Positions 12,930 through 26,239 are shown, numbered from the stretch's first letter. The stretch: 64,000 nucleotides of DNA from Somniosus microcephalus (GCA_052327205.1 CM126207.1:178684001-178748000); one strand, 5' to 3'. Numbers and translations: made by a program. The notes: generated from the sequence alone by a model not told the origin.

Positions 12930-15900
12930 TTAACGGACATTGTCAACGGAGCAGGAGGTTTAATGATCCTGGCCGAACGGCGACGAAACTCAGGCAGCGG
13001 AAACGGAGCGTTGGTAGACGAACCAGTGCCGGGTTGCGGCAGAAGCGGCGTCTCGGGCGAGGCAGAAACGGTAGTCAGAGGTGCAGGTGCGTCTGAGGCC
13101 GAATCGGGCTGTTCGACGGTGGGCTGGTGCACGGCTGGTCTGGCGGTCGGCCGCGGCGAGGCGGTTGGGCAGCCACGACAGGCTCACTCTGATCTAGGTG
13201 GGCTGGTTTAAGCCGGTCGATAGAGATGGTATCGGACTTGCCACCGACTTCGACTGTGAAAAACTTTTCTCCTGATGAGATGAAACGAAACGGCGGCTTG
13301 AGTGGGTCTCTGTGACCGTCCTGTCTAATAAAGACATAGTCCGAACTCATGAGTTCTGTCGGGACATGAGGCCTCTGCAGGTCATGATGCGAGGTTGGGA
13401 TGGGCAGGAAATTCCTGGCCGCCTCCTGATGTAGCAGGAGCTGTTGAGCTGCAGACCATAGTTCGTTGTGTGGAGGGAGAAAGTCACCTGGCACTCTTGA
13501 GTGTCTGGCCATAAACCAGCTCAGCCGATGAAGACTGAAGATCCTCCTTTGGGGCTGTCCGGAGGCCTAGCATCACCCATGGGAGCCTGTCCACCCAGTT
13601 GGGTCCCCTCAAGCTGGCACGGAGGGACGCTTTGAGAGACCGATAGAACCTTTTGCACAGACCATTCGCCTGCGGATGGTACGCGGTGGTACGGTGCAGC
13701 TTGGTACCCAGGCCTTGTGCCACTGCGTTCCACAGCTCTGATGTGAATTGCGGACCACGGTCCGAGGAGATGTCAGATGGCACCCCGAACCGAGCCACCC
13801 ACGATGAAAGAAATGCCCTGGCGACGTCTGCTGCGGTGGTAGCGGCCAAGGGAATCGCCTCTGGCCATCTGGTGGTCCGGTCTACCACCGTCAGGAGGTG
13901 TGTGAATCCACGTGACCCGGGCAGGGGACCTACTAAGTCCATGTGAACGTGGTCGAAGCGGCGCTCAGGCACCGGGAAGTTGGCCACCGGAGCCTTGACG
14001 TGACGGTGGACTTTGGATTTTTGACTTTCGACGCAATTGTTTGTCCAGTCCCGGACATCCAAATGCATGCCTTTCCAAACAAATTTGCGGGACATGAGCC
14101 GTTGAGAAGCCCGCATCCCCGGGTGAGATAACCCGTGGATTGCCTGGAATACTTTCTTGCGCCATTCGACCGGCACAATGGGCTGGGGCACTCCCATGGA
14201 TGTGTCGCACAAGAGCGTGGTTCCTGCCGCTTGAAACAGCACGTCTGCAACCTGCCAACTGGAAGGCGTGGTCCTAAACGCTTGTACCTCTGGGTCTGCC
14301 AGTTGATCCTCTGCCAGTCCGACGAAATCGATGCCCAGGTGGACTGCCTGGACTGGGGCCCGGGAAAGGCAATCCGCCACGAGATTATCCTTGCCTGACA
14401 CGTGCCGCAAATCCGTTGTGAATTCGGATATAAACGTGAGGTGGCGCTGCTGCCGAGCTGACCAAGGTTCCGCCGTTTTGGCCATGGCGAAGGTGAGCGG
14501 CTTGTGGTCCACGAATGCAGTGAACGGACGGCCTTCTAGAAGGAAACGGAAATGCCGGATGGCCAAAAACAGGGCTAGCAACTCTCTGTCAAAAGTGCTA
14601 TACTTTCGCTCGTTCTTGCGCAGTTGGCGGCTGAAAAAGGCTAACGGCTGCCAACTCCCGTCGACCCACTGCTCTTGAACTGCTCCGATGGCGTAGTCGG
14701 AGGCATCCGTAGTGAGGACAACAGTCGCGCCCGGGAGTGGGTGTGCGAGCATAGTTGCATCTGCCAACGCCGCCTTGGTATCGCGGAACGCCTGGTCCAT
14801 TTGCGGTGTCCAAGTGAGAACATCCTTGCCCGATTTTCCTTTTAGTGCTTCGTACAGAGGTTGCATTAACTGGGCCGCCTTGGGGATGAAACGATGATAA
14901 AAATTTACCATCCCCAAGAACTCTTGTAGGGGTTTGACTGTGTGAGGCCGCGGGAATGCGGTAACTGCCTCTACCTTGGTGTCTAGCGGGACGGCGCCTT
15001 CTGGGGTAATCCTGTGTCCCAGGAAATCAATACTGGATACTCCAAACGTGCATTTGGCCGGATTGACAATAAGGCCATGTTGGCTGAGCCGGGCGAAAAG
15101 TGTGCGTAAATGGGCCATGTGAGCTGTCGTATCCTTGCTGGCTATTAGGATGTCGTCCAAGTATACAAAAGTGAAGGGCAGATCCCGTAAGACAGAGTCC
15201 ATCAACCACTGGAATGCTTGAGCTGCGTTTTTCAGACCGAACGGCATGCGAAGGAACTCAAACAGGCCGAACGGAGTGATGACTGCCGTTTTGGGGACGT
15301 CTGGAGGGTGCACCGGAACTTGGTGATATCCACGAACGAGATCCACTTTAGAAAATATAGAGTTGCCAGCCAGATGTGCCGAAAAATCTTGGATGTGGGG
15401 AATAGGATACCTGTCCGGTGTCGTGGCGTCGTTTAAGCATCTGTAATCCCCGCAAGGTCGCCATCCGCCGCCTGGTTTGGGTACTATATGCAGTGGGGAG
15501 GACCAAGGGCTGTCCGAGCGCCGGATGATCCCGAGGCGCTCCATGGTCTGGAACTCAGCCTTTGCAGCTGCCAGCTTGCCGGCTTCTAATCGCCGCGCCC
15601 GAGCGTAAACGGGTGCTCCGGTCGTGGAGATATGGTGTTCCACCCCGTGCCGTGTGACTGCAGCCGAAAAAGTAGGCCTAGTGAGCTCCGGGAATTCGAC
15701 GAGCAGGCGCGTAAACCCGTCTTGCGACGGAACCGCACAGGCCACCGACCAGGACACGGCGGTGCTGCGGTGGCAGGGCACTGCGTGGAAAGTGGACGCA
15801 TTGATGAGTCGGCAGTGTTGGACGTCGACCAGCAGACCGTTGGCACAGAAAAAATCAGCTCCCAGGATGGCCTCTGAGACCTTAGCTGTAATAAAGTCGC

Positions 15901-16063
15901 AGACAAAACGCTGACCGGCGAAGGTTAAGTTTACCGTCCGTTTACCGAACGTACGCATGGCAGCGCCGTTTATTGCCACGAGGGAAGGCCCATGGCTGCC
16001 GGATAGTAGGTCCAGCTTTGAAGCTGGGAGGATGCTGCACTGTGAACCAGTGTCGCACAGGAA
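12930..16063 (-). pseudogene. Gypsy pol (protease-RT-RNase H-integrase) with a 1-nt frameshift near 13500
   Basis: DTG protease, YLDD, TTDASD RNase H, HGLSHPG and MDLVGP..SDRG..QANG integrase motifs; LVYGQTL continues as RVPGDF in another frame. Downstream end approximate. Confidence 0.9.
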
Positions 16064-16813
16064 TCATCGGCCTGTAACGGAATCCGTAACGTAAATGAGT
16101 TTGCCCGCTGAGCCCACCGCCATAGCTAACTTGCCGTGCTTTTCAGACCTTGTCATCCGTCCGGGAGGGCGCGGGCTTGTTGGAGTACTTTTTTTTTCTT
16201 GAGGGAAACTGCAAGGAGGCCGGCAGCATCGAGCTTTGGCGCCGAAACGGGCGTGGTACGCGCACCATCCTGCTGGGGGAGGGCTGGGCTTCGCTCGCGT
16301 GGGGGAAAGGCGCCTCGTGGCTGCACAACATTGCTGAGTAACAGTAAATATCTTGTCTGCCTCTGCAGCGAGTTCAGCACCGTCTGTGATGGCAGTGTTG
16401 GCCAAGGCCGCCTGAACCGGTTCGGGTAGCTGGCAGAGGAAAAGCTCACGGAATAAAAAGCATTGGGGTTCCGCACCCAACAGCGTGAGCATTTGACTCA
16501 TCAGTCCTGACGGTTTTGAGCCCCCGAGGCCGGGCATGGAAATAAGCTTGCGTGCACGCTCCGACTTATTAAGATCAAATACCTGTAGCAAACGGGCTTT
16601 AAGAGCGTCGTACTTGCCCTCCTCCGGTGGGCTGCCAAGGAGGCTGACGACCCGCGAGGCCGTGGCACTGTCGAGAGCGGAAACCACATAATAACGCGTC
16701 GAATCCACTGTGACCTCCCGGAGAGCGAACTGTGCTTCTGCCTGGAAAAACCATGTTGCTAGCTGCTGTTCCCAGAACTGCGGCAGTTTAAGGGCGACGG
16801 CGTTCGTGTTCAT
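16064..16813 (-). pseudogene. Gypsy gag (CHCC zinc motif) and start of protease
   Basis: MNTNAVALKLPQFWEQQLATWFFQAEAQF..; CAYHARFGAKARCCRPPC = Cx2Hx9Cx3C; in-frame TGA at 16064-16066 just before FLCDTGS. Confidence 0.85.
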
Positions 16814-19800
16814 CCTCGATGAAAGTTGTCCGACGAGATCGGGGTCACCAATGTAGGAACGGAGGTTCCTATCTGAATAAAGGTATTCGACTCGATGAAT
16901 CAAATCAACAGGTTTTAATGAACAACGAAGTTAACAGGGAAACTACAGGAGAAACGGTACACAGGTCTAATCAGCTTGCTGGGCACTAGACGACTGCTGG
17001 AAGATTCTGGAAGCTGACGTCATCGCGTTCTTCGCACCACTGGCGGTCACGTGATTGGCGTCATCACGTCATCACGTGGAGTGCTGGAAAGTACAATACA
17101 GTACAGTTAACAGGCAGTTTAAAGGTGCAGTCCGCGGCTGCACTACACTGTAGTTGAAGGGATTATTACTAATTGTTCTGAGACCCTTGGTGGCTCCGCC
17201 ACAATATCATATTTCCCCCACCAGAGTAGTGATTTGTGGTTGAGCTCCGCAATATTGCTGGCTGTCGCCCGTGCCCCCCCCCCCCGAGCTCTCTGTCTCT
17301 CCCCCCGCGCCCCCCCCCCCCCCCCCCTCCTTGGGCTCTCTCTCTTCCCCCACCCCCCCTCGGGCTCTCTGTCTCTCCCCCTCCCCCCCCACCCCCCCGG
17401 GCTCTCTGTTCCTCTTTTGCAATAACATCTAACGAGAACGGGCTGACAAATCTCATCAATATCTTGAGGAACCACCTTTATATATTGATATAAAAATGTG
17501 GGGTGGTGGTTATTTGGGGGGAATCAGTAGAGGACGATGGTTTTTTCCTGTTTTCTGGGCATGATTACATTGTGCCAGCAGCCCACCAGTAAAAGTGCCC
17601 AGCAATGATGTCGAGAATCACAGCCCAGCCTGATCCTGTCCTTGCCCAATGTTTACATACGTATTGGAGGAGGGGAAACCCTGGCTGATATTTATTTTTC
17701 ACTCTCCCAGAGGTGCTGAGGCCAACTGTAGCACCACAACTATTGTCCTGGTTAAAATGAGCATACAGACCAAGCGGGCATCTACTCTCACATAGTAAGG
17801 GCAGGGAAAGAGGAGAAACATTGCTGTCTTGAATAAATTGAAATCCTCAGATGTATTTTATCTGTACTGTGCATGTTTGTTCACTCAGTGCATCTTCATG
17901 CATATCAATAGGGGGAATAATAGCTGGAAATCTTTGTTAATGTTGAATATTATGCCTTTTTAATTCAGTTGCATTCCAAGACCCCCCCTCACATTCTGAT
18001 TCTTCCATTCAGTTCTGAGTGCTTCCCTTGGAGCTTCTGTTTGCTGTGTTGAAAGCCATTCATCTCCTTGTCCCCCTCCTCTCGCTCTCAACCATCTCCT
18101 TTTCCCAAGATGCAGAGTGGCGCTCCTCAACCAGGGCCTGGTTGCTGGGCAACGGCTCTTCCAGCTCAGTGCTTGCCGATGTTTCCATGTGGGAAGGGAT
18201 GGCATCCCAGCTTCCTCCAGACAAGTCATTCACGGCTCAGCGTGATTTATAGAGCCTCAGGCAGCAGCAGTTTGTTGTAATTAAAATCACAGAGCCAGCC
18301 CAGTGCTGGGGAGCAACTTTCCTCCATTACTTGTGCTAAATCTGCACTATTCATACTTTGTACGCATTGCATATGTTAGAACTCTCTGTAAAACCTACCG
18401 ACTTCATTGGGCTGAAAATGCAGCTCCAACATGAGCATTCTGCGCACAGTACATGGTGCGATCTCTGATTCACTGAACAATCGGACCATTTTAAATGAGG
18501 AATGCTACAGGTGCTGGTTTGGCCCCAGTACCTGCTGTGAGACCTGGAGCCCGCAGACCTAGTGTTCCTGGCCAGAGGTACTGGAGGTCTGAGCGCCCTT
18601 GCTGAGGTTGGTGACTGCGCTCTTGCCTCTCCGCTAACATTGGAAATGAGAGTTTCAAAAGGCAGCCCGATGCATGGTCTAAAATTAGCTTTGCCCCCCT
18701 ACTAAAGTTGTACCATTTGAAGGAGTGCGAGACTAACTCCTGCTGTGTCTCGCAGGATTGGAGCTGGGCAGCTTTGCACTCCCAATTGCACTGCACAGTT
18801 TGCATCAATGCCAAGCCGAACCTGGTTCTCATCAGTGTTGAGCCGCAGTATCAGCACGTGAGGGGCAGGGGGCGCTGAGGTTGGAGAACACGAAGGGGGT
18901 TCCAAGATCCTAAATGGGATGGAGAAAAGTTTGAATTATTTTTGAGTCATCTGATGCGCCTCATATTGTGCTCCAGCCCCAACCTTTTCCCACAAGCTTC
19001 TCAATGTTTCCTGTCATGGTTTGCCATTTAGGTTCACGCCCTGTGTTAGCACAGTCACTGTGGCCATGTAGTTTGAGGTACAGCATCACTGCATGTGAGG
19101 AGAAGGGAGTGTGTTTAGTCTCACCAAGCTATTGATGTCTTCGCATTTATTTCAATGGGATTTTAAGCTAGAAAATAATAACGGTGTGTCCATTTCAACA
19201 CTAGTTCAAAATCCACTCGGCCCACTCAGTGAGTTTTGACAGCTTACTAGATAGTCTTCTGGTGGTGGTGTGTGTCAGGAGATATCAGGAAATGGGGCGC
19301 CATACCACCCAGGAGAACACATCATCTGTCTGTGTAAAAAAAAAACCTCATTAATGATACAAAACCAGCCATGGAGATCTGCAGGCCAGGCCTGGACTCC
19401 AAGGTGCAGGGCAGCACAATGTATCCGAGAAGGGCAACCAAGATGCTTGATACAACTACAGAGTGAAGTCCAGATTAATGCATAATGTCAATAGATGCTC
19501 CTTGAACTAGCCATACACCATGGAACTGTCTGATAAAGCAAGTGCCCTTTAAGCAGCCTAGCTGGTTGTTTTACATGGAATTTACATCATAGAAACAGGC
19601 CATTCAGCCCAACAGGTCTACGCTGGTGTTTATGCTCCACACGAGCCTCCTCCCACCTTACTTCAGCTCACTCTATTGACATATCCTATTCCTTTCTCCC
19701 TCATGTACTTATCTAGCTTCCCCTTAAATGTATCTATGCTATCGCCTCAACACTTCCTGTGGTAGCAAGTTCCACATGCTAACCACTCTCTGGGTAAAGA

Positions 19801-19995
19801 AGTTTCTCCTGAATTCCTTATTGGATTTATTAGTGACTCTTTCATATTTATGGCCCCTAGTTTTGGACCTCCCACCCCCCCACCTCCCCCGAACCCCCCA
19901 ACAAGTGAAAACAACAAATACAGAAAATGCTGCAAATACTCAGCAGGTCCGGCAGCATCTGTGGAGAGAGAAAGAGTTAACGTTTCACGTCCTGT

Positions 19996-20963
19996 AGAAA
20001 CATAGAAGATAGGAGCAGGAGTAGGCCATTCGGCCCCTTGAGCCTGCTCCACCATTCAATGCGATCATGGCTGATCATCCAAATTCAGTACCCGGTCCCC
20101 GCTTTCTCCCCATACCCCTTGATCCCTTTAGCCTTAAGAAATATATCCAACTCCTTCTTGAATATATTTAATGAATTGGCCTCTACTGCCTTCTGTGGTA
20201 GAGAATTCCATAGGTTCACCACTCTCTGGGTGAATAAATTCCTCCTCATTTCTGTCCTAAATGGCCTACCCCTTATCCTTAGACTGTGACCCCTGGTTCT
20301 GGACTCCCTGACCATCGGGAACATCCTTCCTGCATCTAGTCTGTCCAGTCCTGTCAGAATTTTATAAGTTTCAATGAGATCCCCTCTCAATATTCTAAAC
20401 TCCAGCGAGTACAAGCCCAATCGACCCAATCTCTCCTCATACATCATTCCTGCCATCCCAGGTATCAGCCTGGTGAATCTTCGCTGAACTCCCTCCATGG
20501 CAAGAACGTCCTTCCTCAGATAAGGCGACCAAAACTGCACACAATACTCAAGATGTGGTCTCACCAAGGCCCTGTATAACTGCAGCAAGACATCCTTGTT
20601 CCTGTACTCAAACCCTCTCGCTACGAAGGCCAACATACCATTTGCCACCTTAACCGCCTGCTGCACCTGCATGCTTACCTTCAGCGACTGGTGCACAAGG
20701 ACACCCAGGTCTTGTTGCACTTCCCCTTCTCCCAATCTATTGCCATTCAGATAATAATCTGCCTTCCTGTTTTTGCCACCAAAGTGGATAACCTCACATT
20801 TATCCACGTTATATTGCATCTGCCATGCTACTGCCCAGTCACCCAACCTGTCCAAATCATCCTGGAGTTTCTCGGCATCCTCCTCACAGCACACACGCCC
20901 ACCCAGCTTTGTGTCATCTGCAAACTTGGAGATATTACATCTAGTTCCCTTGTCCAGATCATT
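19996..20963 (-). mobile_element. Young CR1 LINE 3' ~1 kb
   Basis: Open 269-aa ORF2 C-terminal frame (20085-20894) and CATAGAA tail; very similar to 35502-36252. Confidence 0.92.
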
Positions 20964-21989
20964 AGATCAAACCCTTTCATAATTTTAAAGACCTCTATTA
21001 GGTCACTAAAGGTGCAATATAAATGCAAGTATTCTTCTAACCCCCTCATATCTTGTGCGGTATTTAGTGGAGAAAAGGGTGCTGTAGAGATGAGAAAATT
21101 GCTTCCAAATTGGAACTGATAGTAACAGAAGTGTCTTTGATAGAAAAGATAATTACTGCTCAGAATGAGGCTGTGAAAGTTATTAGAGTTCTGCTAATGA
21201 ACTTGAGTACATTACCTTACTGATGGCGTTTGACATTAGACAGGTGCTGAAGTGACTGCTGGCTTACAGAGCTCCATATAAATACCCTCTCCAAATTAAT
21301 TTTTGAGATTATTTTTAGACTTTATTTTAAATTCTGGCTTGTGTGAATGTGTCGCCTATTCTGGGTTTTAGCTGTTTGGCAGTAAATCAGGAGCTTGCTC
21401 TATGAAATCCCACTTACCGTCATCTTGGGTTTTGTCTTTCTGATCCAAGAGTTAGCATGAGAAGCAACAGCATTCATGATAAAAATGACTCCTCACAGGA
21501 GTCTCGCCATCAGCACTTCCCATGAGAATTGAATCCATAAGAGAATTGAGGTTAAATGCATGTTCTTTCTGTCGAGTGATTTGTGTTGAGCATTGAAGTG
21601 AGGCTGAGCCGTATAGACGGGGAGGATCCCTCGCTCCAGCCTGCTGTCTGTCTGCTGATACCGGCAGTATCCATTGCTATCCTGTACAGAGCCTGTCCCA
21701 GCATCGGGAGTGGTCCTAGCCTGTGTAAATCTGCCAGATGCAGAGTTAGCCTTTTTTTTGTCCAATTCTGTATATGAATAAACAGGGCAGATTTGGCAGC
21801 GATGGAACCAGATTGTATTATAAGAGTATCTCTAATGGGTCTCCGCTGAGGCAGTAGTGGGAGTATTTCAGTAGGCCACTGTAACCGGGCTCGGGAGGGG
21901 GCAAGAACAACAATAGGCACTATTCCTGACTGCAAGCAAGAAACCTCTGCTACAAGGTATGGGCGTCAGGTGAGGACAGGAGTAAATCT

Positions 21990-22370
21990 CCCTTCCCTCT
22001 ATCACTCTTCTCCTCCACTGCCCCCATCTCTCTTCTCCATCCCTCTATCCCCCCCACCCATTGTCCCTCTATCTCTCTTCTCTCCCCTCACTCCCCGTCT
22101 CTCTATCTCTCCATTCTTCCCCTCGTTTCCCGTCCCTCTATCTCTCTCCTCCTCCCTCTATCTCTCTCTCCCCCCTCCCCATCCCTCTATTGTTCTTCCT
22201 GCCCCTTCCCTCTATCTCTCCTCTTCCCCTCCCTAGCTCTTCTCCCTCTCCCTGTCTCTCCTCCCCCTCTATCTCTCTCCTTCCCTCCTCTCCCTTCCCC
22301 GCCCCTCTATCTCCCTTCCCTTCCCCCTGCTCCCAGGTCCTGTCCCACTTTTCTTTTTTCCTTCCCTCCC
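21990..22370 (+). repeat. CT-rich low-complexity tract
   Basis: Almost purely pyrimidine, irregular (CTCTCC)n. Confidence 0.85.
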
Positions 22371-22759
22371 TATAAAAGCAGTTGAATATGCTCTGTCTAA
22401 TCTCAGACATGATGCCCCTTGGGTGAGGTGACGGAGCTCTGCGGGCAGTGTGGACCTGTACTCCAGCAGGAGGGACTGTCTTCAACAGCAGAGGAGAACC
22501 TGGCAAGAGAGAGTTTGAAGTTTCACATTCTTTTCATTGCCCCTGTATTTCATAACACTGAGTTGTAACATTTTGCAGGAATGCTTAAATTCACGAGTGT
22601 TTTGTAAAAGTATTTTAAGGTGTAACTTATTGCAGGTACAACTACGTATTTCAAAATTGTTCGAACACACTGTTCCAGTTAATGAATTCAGTTTATTGGT
22701 TCTTACAGGGCATGCTCAGTGTGTCTGCACTGCCACTTGCTGCTAAGTGTGTGTGCGTG

Positions 22760-23760
22760 TGGCTGGGGGGGTGCGTGTGGGTTTGGGGGTTTTCCGGGTG
22801 GCGGGGTTTGGGGACTGTGCGGGTGGGGCGGGGTTTGGGGACCGTGCGGGTGGGTTCGGGCGGGGGGGGGGGGAGGTGTGCGGGTGGGTTTGGGCGGGGG
22901 GGTAAGTGCGGGGGGAGGGCGTGGTGGGGCTGGGGGGCGCGTGTGGGCTTGGGGGTGGGGGGGCGTGTGGGTTTGGGGGCTGGGGGGCGTGTGGGTTTGG
23001 GGGCTTTGCAGGTGGCGGGGTCTGGGGACTGTGCGGGTGGGGGGGGAGTGTGCGGGTGGGGGGGGACTGTGCGGGTGGGGGGGGGAGTGTGCGGGTGGGT
23101 TCGGGCGGGGGGGGAGTGTGCGGGTGGGTTCGGGCGGTGGGGGAGTGTGTGGGTGGGTTCGGCCGGGGGGGGAGTGTGCGGGTGGGTTCGGGCGGGGGGG
23201 GGAGAGTGTGCGGGTGGGTTCGGACGGGGGGGGGGGGGGGAGTGTGCGGGTGGGTTCGGGCGGGGGGGGAGTGTGCGGGTGGGTTCGGGCGGGGGGGAGT
23301 GTGCGGGCGACGGGGGGGGGGAAGAGTGTGCGGGCGACGGGGGGGGGAAGAGTGTGCGGGCGACGGGGGGGGAAGAGTGTGCGGGCGGGGGGGGGGAAGA
23401 GTGTGCGGGCGGGGGGGGGGGGAGTGTGCGGGCGGGGGGGGGGAGTGTGCGGGCGGGGCGGGGGAGTGTGCGGGCGGGGCGGGGGAGTGTGCGGGCGGGG
23501 GGGGGAGTGTGCGGGCGGGGGGGGGTGGAGTGTGCGGGCGGGGGGGTGGAGTGTGCGGGCGGGGGGGGGGGGAGTGTGCTGGGGGGGCGGGGGGGGAGTG
23601 TGTGCGGGCGGGGGGGGGGGAGTGTGCGGGCGGGGGGGGTGGGAGGGGGAGTGTGCGGGCGGGGAGGGGGGGGGGAGTGTGCGGGCGGGGGGGTAGTGTG
23701 CGGGGGGGGGTTCGCGGGTTCGGGGGATGTGTGTGGGTTCGGGCGGTGGAGGGGTATGGG
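22760..23760 (+). repeat. G-rich minisatellite, unit ~GAGTGTGCGGGCG(n)
   Basis: Dozens of degenerate copies of GTGTGCGGG(C/T)GGG with long G runs. Confidence 0.92.
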
Positions 23761-23894
23761 TGGTGATTGCAGCACTCCCCATCTCAGACCCGTTTGTGTG
23801 CTGGTGTATGTGACTGCAGCACTCCCTTCTCTCGGGGATATTCTCACTATTCTGTAAATGGACTGCAGATGTTGCAGTTACACTCCTTTTATGT

Positions 23895-24260
23895 CTTGTT
23901 CTCATCCTTGTTTTCAAATCCCTCCATGGTCTCGCCCCTTCCTGTCTCTGTAACCTCCTCCCGCCCTACACCCTCCCGAGTTCCCTGCGTTCCTCCAATT
24001 CTGGCCTCTTGTGCATCCCCGTTTTCCTTCGCTCCACCATTGGCGGCCGTGCCTTCAGCTGCCTAGGTCCTAAGTTCTGCAATTTCCTCCCTAAACCTCT
24101 CCGCCTCTTTCTCCTCCTTTAAAACCTATCTCTATGACCAAGCTTTAGTCGCCTGTCCTAATATCCCATGTGGCTGAGTGTCACATTTTCTCTGTTAATG
24201 CTCCTGTGAAGTGCTCCAGGACGATTTGCTACGTCATAAATGCAAGTTGTTGTTGTTGTT
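23895..24260 (+). mobile_element. L2-clade LINE 3' fragment just upstream of the VAC14 exon
   Basis: Same 3' sequence as the other L2 copies, ending AAATGCAAG(TTG)n. Confidence 0.75.
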
Positions 24261-24336
24261 ATGTGGGCCGCCTTGTTTTTAACTTGAGCTGTACTGATAA
24301 CTTTCCATTTACATCTCCCTCCTTTTCCGTTCCCAG

Positions 24337-24511
24337 GCAGCTGTGCCTCCTGTTAAATGCCGAGAACATCTTCCATTCCATGGCTGAAATCCTCCTTCGG
24401 GAAGAAGACCTCAAGTTTGCTTCCACCATGGTCCAAACTCTCAACTCCATTCTCTTGACTTCAACAGAACTCTTCCAGCTGCGGAACCAGCTGAAGGACC
24501 TGCGTACAACG
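24337..24511 (+). CDS. VAC14: VAC14 internal coding exon (PIKfyve complex scaffold, C-terminal region)
   Basis: Pyrimidine tract + CAG acceptor ending 24336, GTGAGG donor at 24512; 175 nt encoding (R)[58 protein letters not shown], which I recognise as near-identical to vertebrate VAC14. Confidence 0.95.
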
Positions 24512-25049
24512 GTGAGGACCACGTCCCAGTGTGCGTGAAGCCGGCTCTAGTGGGTGGGTAGCTGGGATTTGGTCAGTGTTGGTACATTGAGACCGAAGGG
24601 TGCTGTGGCCTTGCTTCATTAGCCACCCACTTGGTAAAGGCACCTCTAGGCGTGCTGAGCCATGCAGAGTGCAAGGTTCCGGCTTCAGTTCGTGGTCTGG
24701 GGTGAGTCAGCTGATCTAGGCTCGGCGAGCAGTAGCCGCGCTGTAATTGGTTGGTTACTACATACCTTCCCTCTAATCACCAGCCTCCCTGATTGCTACC
24801 TCAGGCTACGTCCTATGGTACAACGCACTGAGCCCAAGCTGAGTTTCCCTTTGTACGTCTGCTTGGTTCCCAGGTCCCCAAGACCCCCGACTCTTGCTGC
24901 CTCTTCCAACCACTGCCGAGGCTCCAACTCGTGCCTTCATCACCTAGACACTCTACTCTCATGCTCTTCAACTAGCCTCCTGCACGTCGGAGCTGATGGA
25001 TGGAAAGAGCGCCTTCAGTTTTGCTTTGGAATCAAAAGAATAAAACCAT

Positions 25050-25213
25050 GGGTGAATTTTCACTTTAACTGTCCGGCTGTAGTGGATCGATCATCCGTTT
25101 TACACCCCGCCCGATTCTTGATAATGGAAACGAATATCGGGTCCAGTTTAAAATGGGCGGCCGATCCCCTACCACCCGTTCTCCGCCTGGCGGGAAAAGT
25201 AAAAATTCACCCC
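25050..25213. mobile_element. Palindromic MITE (possibly PIF/Harbinger-derived)
   Basis: Terminal inverted repeats GGGTGAATTTTCACTTT / AAAGTAAAAATTCACCC plus internal complementarity; no clean TSD. Confidence 0.6.
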
Positions 25214-26239
25214 ACAGTTTTACAGCACGGAGGCCATTCAGCCCATCGCACTTGGACCAGCTTTCTGACTGAATTATCCACTTCATCCCTTTCCCCATGT
25301 CCTCTTAAATATTTCCTTTTCAAATATTTATGCACTTGCCTTTTAAAACCTATTCTGCTACCACCGCTCCATGTACTAACAACTCTGGATAAAAAATATA
25401 AATGAATTATTCCCCTTTGTTCTTTGCTGGTGATAAATTTATGCCCTTTAGTTACCAACACATGGAACAAGAGAAATAGCTTTTCTCAATTTACCTTATC
25501 AAAGCCCCTCAATTTTCAACACCTCTCAGATCTCTTGGCCTCCAACGTTCTAATGAAAAGAGCCCATGTTCTCTGTCTCCTCCTAACCAAAGCCTCTCCA
25601 AACAGATGCTTTTCTTAAGATAGTCTGAAGATTCAGAGGTAAGGGGCCTGTTATGCAGCAAGGAATGGAAGCAGTTGTATCTGGGTACTAGCAGGTTGGA
25701 AGATTCTGGATTTTGTGCCAGTTGGTTTGTAGCCCCCGGAAGTGCCAGGAAGATTCCAGCCTCTCCTGGACCTTGGGACTCTGACTGCAAATTATCTGAA
25801 TGGGAATGGTTCAATGCTTCCATTGTGATTCCTCAGGTCTCAATACTATGGGCAAAGAGCTGAAGGCTTGACTCTCGTATACTGTGATACAGGAGGCAAT
25901 CACTTGGCAACCAGGCCAGAATTTTCTTAAAGGGATAGTGTTAATGGAGATTTTTTTTCCCCCTCCATGAAATGATGGTCAATTCGATTTGTATACGACC
26001 GTTAAGTTGCTTCTAAAGAGCAAGAAGACCACCTACACTCAGCAATCCATCTTTACAACAGATGGTGCTGTGACGTCCGATTTAATGAGCCGGCTTTTTT
26101 TGTCCTGTGCCTAGAGGGCTTTAGAAAGGTTCTAAATGAGTGTTCTGAGCACAGCAGTTTGAAGCCACTGCTTGAAGGTGTTATGTATTATAAGTTGCTT
26201 GTTTTTAAATATTGTTCCCTTGTGTTTTGTCACCGACAG

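Larger units (their letters stand above)
12216..17203 (-). mobile_element. Full-length Gypsy LTR retrotransposon, CsRn1-like, mildly defective
   Basis: LTRs 16852-17203 (5', 352 bp) and 12216-12908 (3', with SINE insertion), TG..CA ends, 4-bp TSD ATAT; PBS TGGTGACCCCGA complementary to the tRNA-Trp 3' end; G-rich PPT; Gag CHCC motif. Confidence 0.95.

Noticed and set aside
16064-16066. Programmed stop-codon readthrough between gag and pol
   Set aside because: The stop lies inside the protease motif region in a CGA-like context, and the element has another lesion; CpG decay is simpler.
11210-17410. Similar GGGCTCTCTGTCT(C)n motifs on both sides of the CsRn1-like element (11210-11270, 17270-17410)
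   Set aside because: Low-complexity sequence outside the TSD-defined boundaries; no evidence it is part of the element.
17960-18905. Short ORFs possibly representing a nested gene exon
   Set aside because: No recognisable protein similarity or consistent splice frame; part resembles decayed DNA-transposon sequence.
22682-23917. Several 290-400 aa Gly- or Pro-rich ORFs
   Set aside because: All arise from the G-rich minisatellite and are open in most frames on both strands.
24170-24538. 122-aa ORF as a standalone gene (also 26159-26482)
   Set aside because: Only the splice-bounded central parts match VAC14; the flanks are intronic.
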